A stretch of DNA of 64,000 bases, taken from NCBI GenBank assembly GCA_964587835.1, contig CAZPMN010000001.1, positions 22,232 through 86,231 on the forward strand, read 5' to 3'. Source of the stretch: an uncultured bacterium (GTDB taxonomy: Bacteria > Auribacterota > Erginobacteria > Erginobacterales > Erginobacteraceae). Below the pieces are notes generated by a model, which worked only from the letters and a program-made list of their open reading frames with translations, made no database searches and was not told the DNA's origin. Numbering within the stretch: position 1 is the stretch's first letter; every line of letters begins with the position of its first letter. Shown here in pieces: positions 58,901-64,000 of this stretch. The translations under genes and the position numbers were made by a program.

Positions 58901-61900
58901 CCTCAACGCCATCCGGGGTACCGTCTACCTGGACAGCGACCTGGACAACGTCTTTTCGGCCGGGGATACCACCCTGGCCGGGGTGATCGTCCGGCTCTAC
59001 GACTCTTCGGATAACCTCCTGCTCTCGACCGTGACCGATGGATCCGGTGATTACGCCTTCCTCCGCGTCCCCGACGGCGATTACGAAGTCAGGATGACCG
59101 TCCCCGACAGCGCCGCCGCCCTGACCGACGCCGACGGCGCCGGTAACGGGGCCGACCTGATCGAGGTGACCCTGGCCGGGGCGAGCGCCTACGATCGGGA
59201 CTTCCTCCTCGACACCGGAGCCTCCCGAGCGGGGATCAGCGGGACGGTTTACGCCGACAGCGACGGGGACTTGGCCTTCTCCGGAGGCGACACCACCCAG
59301 GCCGGGGTCCCGATCCTCCTCTATCGCGACATCAACGGGGATGGGGTGGCGGACGAGAACGAGCTGGTCGAGTCGACCGCCACCGACCCCGACGGGGACT
59401 ACAGCTTCCCCGACCTGCCCGACGGGGACTACCTGGTGGTGATGGAGACCCCGGCGGGGGCGGGTGGCATCACCGACGCCGACGGGACCGGCAACGGTCC
59501 CGGCCTGATCGAAGTGACCCTGGCCGGGGTGAACATAACTGATCGGGATTTCCTGATCGATACCGGCTCCGACCTGGGAGCCCTGGGCGGCCGGGTCTGG
59601 CTGGACGAGAACTCCGACGGGATCGAGAACGCCGGAGAAGCCGGGGTGGGCAACGTGACGGTGGAGCTCTACGACGAGACCGGGACCATTCTCCTGGCCG
59701 AGACCCTGACCGACACCGAGGGGCGCTACCTCTTCCCCGACCTGGTCCTGGCCGATTATCTGGTCAAGATCGACTCCGCCGGGATGGCGGCTGATCTGGC
59801 CGCCAACCCGACCGCCGACCCCGACGGGATAACCACCGCCCACCAGGCCGACGTCTCCGTCTCCTCGGTCACCGGGATCCTGGACGCCGACTTCGGCTAC
59901 AACTGGGCCCCCACCGCCGACGTGACCGGGAACACCAACGAGGGAGCCATCGGCGACCGGGTCTGGGTCGACAGCGACGGCGACGGGCTCCAGGACCCGG
60001 GGGAGCCGGGACTGTCCGGGATCACCGTGGAGCTGAACTACGACTCCGACGGCGACGGGACCATCGACGCCCTCTGGGCTTCTTCCACCACCTCCGCCGA
60101 TGGGGGTTACGTCTTCACGAGTCTGCCGGCCGGAATCTACGAGGTTGAGATTAACGGGGGGTCAGCCCCCTCCGGTTACACCCTGACCGGGGATCCGGAC
60201 GGAACTTCGGACAACCGGACCACCACCCCACTTGTCCTGGCGCCGGGCGACGTCTACGTCAACGCCGATTTCGGCTACCAGCCCTCGGCGGAAAGCACCG
60301 TCTCCGGAACGGTCTACTGGGACGTCGATGCCGACTCCGACTTCAACGCCGCCACCGGGGACTCCGGCGTTCCCGGCGTGACCGTGGCCCTGTACAACGA
60401 CTCCGACGAGGTGATCGCCGCCACCCTGACCGATTCCGACGGCGGTTACTCCTTCACCGGCCTGCCGGCGGGGGACTACATGATCTGGATCAACGACACC
60501 GAAAACCTCCTCGGTTCCGGGTACCAAATCGAGGATCCGGACGCCTCTGTGGACGCTCTCCACACGGTAACCGTTAACGGGACTGCTTTCTACACGAGCA
60601 ACGACTTCGGCTACGCTCCTGACGGCCACGCCGCCGGCAAGGGCCTGATCGGGGAGACGGTCTTTCTCGACCGGGATGGCGACGACGCCTTCGACCCGGG
60701 GGAGGGGGTCCAGGGGGTGGCGGTGGAGCTATACGACGATCTCGACGTCCTCCTGGCCGAGACCGTCACCGACGCCAACGGCGACTATTTCTTCGGGGGA
60801 CTCGATGACGGGGACTATGTGGTGAAGGTGGATGCCTCCACCCTGCCTTCCTCCGGAGCGGGACTGAGCAACTCGGTCGATCCGGACGGCGGCGACGGGG
60901 ATGAGTCGGAGGTGACGATCAGCTCCGCCAACCTCGACCTCGACCAGGACTTCGGCTACGAGGCGACCACCCCCGGCCAGATCAGCGGGATGTTCTGGGA
61001 GGATCTTGACGCCGACGGAACCCTGGATGGTTCCGAAACCGGTCGCTTCTCCGGGGTGACGGTGATTCTGAAAGACAGCGCCGGCAACGTGGTGGGGTCA
61101 ACTGCCACCGACGGGGACGGGGAGTACTCGTTCGCCGGACTCGGAGCCGGGACCTACTCGGTCGACGTCACCGACGACGCCAAACCGCTCAACGGGCACT
61201 GGCACTCGTCGGGGACGGCCGGAGTCTCCGGTGAGAGCCAGGCCGATCTTTACACGGTTACGGTCAGCGCCGGCGGCAGTTCCACGGTTGACTTCGGGTA
61301 CTACGTCCTCCCCGCCGCCATCGGCGACTTCGTCTGGGACGACCTCAACCGCAACGGGATCCAGCAGGACGGCGAGCCGGGGATCGAGAGCGCCTGGGTG
61401 ACCCTGACCGTGGCCTGGCCGGACAGCAGCTCGACCCTGGTCGCCTTCTCCACCGACAGCCAGGGGAGCTATCGGTTCGACAACCTGCTCCTCGACGAGA
61501 ATTTCACCGGTCTGGGTTCGGGAGAGCCGTTACACACGGTCGGTTTCTCCGCCCTGACCGGTTACACCTCGACCTTGGTCGACGTCGGGAGCGACGACAG
61601 CCTCGACTCCGACGGCCTCGAGGTAATCGCGTCTCCGGTCCAGGGAAGTTACGACGATACCTACGACTCCGGGTTCTACGTCCCGGGGGCGCCGACCCCG
61701 ATCCCGACGGCCACCCCCTCGGTCACCCCCACGCCCTCCGTTACACCCACTCCTTCCGTGACCCCGACTCCGACGGCCTCGGTGACGCCAACCCCGTCGG
61801 TGACTCCGACCCCGAGCCCGTCGGTCACCCCTCCGCCGACGTCGACTCCAACCCCAGTCGGCTACAAGACGCCCACGGCCACGCCTACCCGCCCCCCGGA

Positions 61901-64000
61901 CTGCGTCGACCTCATCCCCTCCGGGGCCGGCTCGTCCACCCAATGGACGGTCCAGGGAGCCTCCGCCAACTGGGCGGCCGTTACCTCCGACGATGGGAAT
62001 TTCAGCTACGTCTATACCGCGACCAACGGGAATATCGACCGCTACGGGATGGAACTCTTTCCATCCGGGGGCAAGATCGCCGTGGTCGAGGCGTTCTTCC
62101 GCGCCCGGAACACCACCGGCCAGCAGTTGCTGATGGGGATGGGGATCAATGTCGGCGGGGTGGATTACCTGGTGAGCGGGATCGATACCACCGCTGCTTA
62201 CTCCCTATACGGCGGCGAGACGGATTCCCTGGCCTGGCTCAACAATCCGGCTACGGGATCGCCCTGGACGCCTTCGGAAGTTGACGGTATCCAGACCGTG
62301 ATCCAGCACCAGCAGTCGCAATCGCGGACGGCCCAGGTGACAGAGGTCTACCTGACGGTCTGCTACTGGGCTACCCCGACCCCGTCCGTGACCCCGACGC
62401 CCTCGGTTACCCCGACCCCCTCGGCGACCCCGACCTCCTCGATGACCCCGACTCCGTCCGTCACGCCCAGTCCGTATGAATACAAGTCGCCCACGCCCCC
62501 GCCAACGGCGACCCCGACCCCAGCCGACTATAAGACCTCCACCCCGACGGTCACCCCCTCGGTTACCCCGACCCCGGAGGGATACAAGACCCCCACCCCG
62601 ACCCCGTCCGTGACCCCGACCCCGAACGGCTTTATGACCCCGACGCCCACCCCCTCGACCACCCCGAGCGCCACCCCCACGCCCCAGCCGGCCTTCCTGG
62701 GGAACTTCGTCTGGAACGACCGGAACAAGAATGGGATCCAGGACGGGAGCGAGACAGGGATCGGCGGGGTGGTGGTCAGTCTCTTCCGGAGCGACGATAC
62801 CTTCGTTCGCTACCGAACCACCAACGCCAGCGGGTTCTACTCCTTCAGCGATGTCCCGGTAGGGGACTACTACCTGGAGTTCTCCGGTCTCCCGGGCGGT
62901 TACTTCTTCAGCCCCGCCAACCGCGGCGGCGACGGGGCCCTGGACAGCGATCCGGCTATGGCCACCGGGAAGACGGGAACCATAACCCTCGAGCCGGCGG
63001 AGGCGGACTACACCTGGGACGCCGGGATCTACACCGTCCCCGACAAGTGCTTCGATGTCCAGCGTTTCTCCCTCCAGTCCGGGGAGACGGACAGCACCGG
63101 TCTGACCGAGACCGGACTCGAGGTCTCGACCAACCTGGCCGGGGAGGGGGCGCTGGCGGTCTTCGCCTCTTTCGGTGCGGAGATGCTCACCGGGACGGCG
63201 ACCGGAGCCTGGGCGCTCTCGATGGACGATACCTGGTCGAGTCAAACCATCCGACGTTACCTCGAGCCGGTGCCCGACCAGGTGACTTCAGGTGCCCTGC
63301 ACATCTTCGACTCGTTGTCGCCGGGTGTGCACACCGCCAAACTCCTCCACGCCACCAGTAACGCGGTTATGCCTCTCCGGACGCTTAATGCCGACCTGGT
63401 GGTCTTTCCCCTGGTCAGCGCCGACGGGATTACCGTCCTCAACCACAATCAGGTCATTCTCGGATCGACTGGGGAGACCACCACGTCCGATACCCTGACT
63501 GATGTTGCTGGACTAACCGCCACCTTTAATCTGGAAACTACCGGTCGGGTCTTCGTGGCGGCAGTCCTCAGTGGGGAGGCCGTGGCCGGTGGAATTATGA
63601 CCGGAACTTGGGACCTCCAGGTGGACGACCAAACGGTCGGCCAGAGTACGAGGCAATTCCTCTCCGGGACGGGTGGCCTGGAAACAGTCACCCTGTTCGG
63701 TCTCTCTGAAGATCTCTCTTGGGGAAGCCATACCGCCACCGTACGTCACGCCACGAACACCGGAACCATGAAGACCTCGAATGGTACCCTGATTGCTATT
63801 GCTCTCAGCGCCGCCGGCTCAGAGAATTCGAAATTTTCCCTCCCCGCTAGCAAGAATGGCACGTTCAATGGCGAGACTGGGACTTCCTTTACTGAACTCA
63901 CCTCCGTTCCTGGGGGCTATTCCCCTCTCTACGTATCGGACAAAGATCAGATTATGGTCGCGGCTAGCTTTACCGTTAAGGGTGGTTTAGGGGCGTCCGG
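52911..64000 (+). CDS. Giant secreted adhesin/surface protein, over 3690 aa, 3' end beyond window
   Basis: ATG 52911 after TAAGGA; signal peptide; same frame checked at 58440, 61680, 63000 and 63960; two DUF11-like domains, about 17 SdrD-B/Cna-B-like repeats (GD.VW.D.DGDG...DFG), GEVED-type region (DFGDLP..LYLG..DDEDG..DDGEVED), two Pro/Thr linkers. Confidence 0.9.
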   Translation, partial: MFKLENKLFAVISAVMLLGLLPAGPVQGGNPDAGLRIEVLTAYNFIVDSNVESPSTYAPRAAYIEARIWNDGATDLTDVTAYVGNYSAGTPGVYPSRSHPDLVGPLPGGEFALTHEGGTLGTADATRYLGTIPAGDYIPVYWLISYPNLDENGDSVTGGSNPDDDLYLYYDIWAAADDGGAPLEADVTRKVTMRSCISAMSNKIFPNTANKVPEEYQELLEKYAPEWNFNPEDGSTGTKIRTEGVWYDLGNVTGGFDNDGDLVPDQNAWLQPVGDANQFDAGAFRLAKTYALIIVKLKSGGELVIEAEDQLYFPNLPDNNGVVGLVRYDFQVLQQGASSQMTPYQMAASGNDNEKFNGDYGAALGEGLVSEPSQLTLEKSGAAAAAPGEEIEYSIAFENTGAVTVGDPLTGGPLVIQDSIPEGAVYVAFSAATDNTLPDGVSSYTILYSTDGTAWLDGEPSPASAVTDIQWWLSDALNPSAGGTVTFSVEVDDPAFGPLVTNSAGLSFGGTAAFMNDTALTLISGNNRLGDTVFQDDGAGFDYANWVRDTGEDGIEGVVVTLYYDTNGDEAVDSSDFVIGTEVTDSSGWYEFSDLFDGDYLAVVSASDPNLPEGYSPTSPTVQAADLDSAMTDPNPVVDLDADFGFAPALVVEKSLVGSSPVYEGDDFSYQVTVANNHPGTGGGGSGSVTVTSYATARDTAKDSGTDWADQSNALGEPDDVEAVCTVGNNVDSMGVTGFSGSEVGEITQAQVRVLTRSDNPDNHSFFFYVYLWLPGAASGIEIGSYDEISLVDGWDGYLSFDVTAATDWTWDTVAASSIQFSAQKSGGPGGNLIYVDSVDFRLTSDVEYPPVTDSNTLSPAPLQDIYDASLMTFVSADPAPSSFSVESGVGTIDWDDLGPIYPGGESAVTVYFTALEPPGNDFTTMTNTALVEWATFSNGVAANAGSDQAVADLYSTGSIGDFVWRDLDGDGVQDGGGETGIASVTVELTPPAGVDLGNGDGQPITTVTGSDGFYLFSGLRSTGTYTVAVLTSTLPGGTGSNTYDEDDGTVSPDSQAVVVLGLDGDGPEDHLTADFGYRDLQALITGTAWNDVDRDGAAAAETGEPLLSGVTVELYDSGMSLLDTTTAAADGTFSFLSDFNGTYTVKVITGTGQLSGDWTASYDSDGLATLDLVSVSVPAGGLGEADFSYYETGDYDIGDTVFYDWNGDGDQDVGEEGIPSVTLRLYRDISANGIYDAGTDPLVAADTTDTDGNYLFESLPAGNYVVKVDHDSAGLPDSYNLTADPSGAADGEGSSTILAADDLDQDFGYQPTGTGSIGDTVWRDLDGDGLQSGFGETGIPDITVTLQADFNGDGTYVTLETAVTDASGRYLFTDLPDGDYRVVVDTSDSDLPEDAFGYAWSPITAVTDDVTISSGSTDLTADFGFAPLAAVGDTIFWDVNENGTQDGNEDGVEGAVIELYTDTDGDGYYSAGDVLFSTATTDADGIYLFSGLAADDYVVFVAQTGVLAGAILSADPENDGLPCSDLEAVGCDGETGIDLAIGQNFMGADFGYLPSGGRLGGTVWIDFDDDGVVDEDEVAIPFVQVELYSGASLIATSTTDENGDYLFYGLADGTYQVVVRTDLDFPDGMTQTADPDGSLDDTAQDVVLSGGTVTTIDGASWTAGDLEINFGYRFAGDNTLSGTIGLDGETPDGVLGSGTSGVNSDEVAFEGVKVYAYLWHDSDEDGVIDPGEAEMLASTETDSSGDYSFTGLAEGEEGDYYIVSMTPPLARLELTTTVSDTPAVILEETTDSQGYSTGVYQVVPIPPLGSTTNLDFAFVSAADYDFGDLPEEYATSLPNGPRHAVKVIPDLYLGSQVDVEGNGLPDSAAEGDDLDNLDDEDGVSLVGFWNEGTGGGELELTVRAGSGWLVAFIDFDGNGTLTGSGEMIASQFVSETGGVASDGVYSLSLDIPDDSLADDTTTLYGRFRLLSREPLFPELSTGGEADDGEVEDHLWVLNAIRGTVYLDSDLDNVFSAGDTTLAGVIVRLYDSSDNLLLSTVTDGSGDYAFLRVPDGDYEVRMTVPDSAAALTDADGAGNGADLIEVTLAGASAYDRDFLLDTGASRAGISGTVYADSDGDLAFSGGDTTQAGVPILLYRDINGDGVADENELVESTATDPDGDYSFPDLPDGDYLVVMETPAGAGGITDADGTGNGPGLIEVTLAGVNITDRDFLIDTGSDLGALGGRVWLDENSDGIENAGEAGVGNVTVELYDETGTILLAETLTDTEGRYLFPDLVLADYLVKIDSAGMAADLAANPTADPDGITTAHQADVSVSSVTGILDADFGYNWAPTADVTGNTNEGAIGDRVWVDSDGDGLQDPGEPGLSGITVELNYDSDGDGTIDALWASSTTSADGGYVFTSLPAGIYEVEINGGSAPSGYTLTGDPDGTSDNRTTTPLVLAPGDVYVNADFGYQPSAESTVSGTVYWDVDADSDFNAATGDSGVPGVTVALYNDSDEVIAATLTDSDGGYSFTGLPAGDYMIWINDTENLLGSGYQIEDPDASVDALHTVTVNGTAFYTSNDFGYAPDGHAAGKGLIGETVFLDRDGDDAFDPGEGVQGVAVELYDDLDVLLAETVTDANGDYFFGGLDDGDYVVKVDASTLPSSGAGLSNSVDPDGGDGDESEVTISSANLDLDQDFGYEATTPGQISGMFWEDLDADGTLDGSETGRFSGVTVILKDSAGNVVGSTATDGDGEYSFAGLGAGTYSVDVTDDAKPLNGHWHSSGTAGVSGESQADLYTVTVSAGGSSTVDFGYYVLPAAIGDFVWDDLNRNGIQQDGEPGIESAWVTLTVAWPDSSSTLVAFSTDSQGSYRFDNLLLDENFTGLGSGEPLHTVGFSALTGYTSTLVDVGSDDSLDSDGLEVIASPVQGSYDDTYDSGFYVPGAPTPIPTATPSVTPTPSVTPTPSVTPTPTASVTPTPSVTPTPSPSVTPPPTSTPTPVGYKTPTATPTRPPDCVDLIPSGAGSSTQWTVQGASANWAAVTSDDGNFSYVYTATNGNIDRYGMELFPSGGKIAVVEAFFRARNTTGQQLLMGMGINVGGVDYLVSGIDTTAAYSLYGGETDSLAWLNNPATGSPWTPSEVDGIQTVIQHQQSQSRTAQVTEVYLTVCYWATPTPSVTPTPSVTPTPSATPTSSMTPTPSVTPSPYEYKSPTPPPTATPTPADYKTSTPTVTPSVTPTPEGYKTPTPTPSVTPTPNGFMTPTPTPSTTPSATPTPQPAFLGNFVWNDRNKNGIQDGSETGIGGVVVSLFRSDDTFVRYRTTNASGFYSFSDVPVGDYYLEFSGLPGGYFFSPANRGGDGALDSDPAMATGKTGTITLEPAEADYTWDAGIYTVPDKCFDVQRFSLQSGETDSTGLTETGLEVSTNLAGEGALAVFASFGAEMLTGTATGAWALSMDDTWSSQTIRRYLEPVPDQVTSGALHIFDSLSPGVHTAKLLHATSNAVMPLRTLNADLVVFPLVSADGITVLNHNQVILGSTGETTTSDTLTDVAGLTATFNLETTGRVFVAAVLSGEAVAGGIMTGTWDLQVDDQTVGQSTRQFLSGTGGLETVTLFGLSEDLSWGSHTATVRHATNTGTMKTSNGTLIAIALSAAGSENSKFSLPASKNGTFNGETGTSFTELTSVPGGYSPLYVSDKDQIMVAASFTVKGGLGAS

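Noticed and set aside
50649-64000. Diversity-generating retroelement target/template pair
   Set aside because: No reverse transcriptase and no near-identical repeat pair differing only at adenines was noticed

Overview
GC-rich Gram-negative bacterial chromosome (lptD, lpxH, MEP-pathway ispD/ispF). A PVC-type candidate lineage such as Auribacterota is my unverified guess, based on the Pro/Thr-linker plus GDYxGDG/GLW repeat module. Most of the window is housekeeping, nearly all on the + strand: add, dppB/C-like permeases, uvrD/pcrA, fba, pcm, maf, pfkA, tRNA-Arg(CCG), rph, rdgB, radA-ispD-ispF-cysS, tmk-holB-ricT-metG, lptD, a stand-alone fusA, lpxH, thiD and def. Four things stand out. (1) An intact REP-associated tyrosine transposase (RAYT) sits among about 15 GGTAG/GGTGG-footed REP hairpins. 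(2) Several unrelated families of simple-sequence (6-, 7-, 9-nt unit) inverted-repeat elements are nested at gene junctions and have donated stop codons or C-termini to neighbouring genes. (3) A menA-polyprenyl synthase-NDH-2-DoxX cluster suggests a self-contained quinone redox module. (4) A polyprenol-phosphate-sugar synthase and two GT-C/TPR transferases (one TMTC-like) lie directly upstream of two secreted Pro/Thr-rich surface proteins. The second of these is a giant ORF (52911 to beyond 64000, over 3690 aa) absent from the supplied ORF track. Cluster (4) is my best candidate for an undescribed protein O-glycosylation system with its substrates. All domain calls are by eye from motifs; no searches were run.
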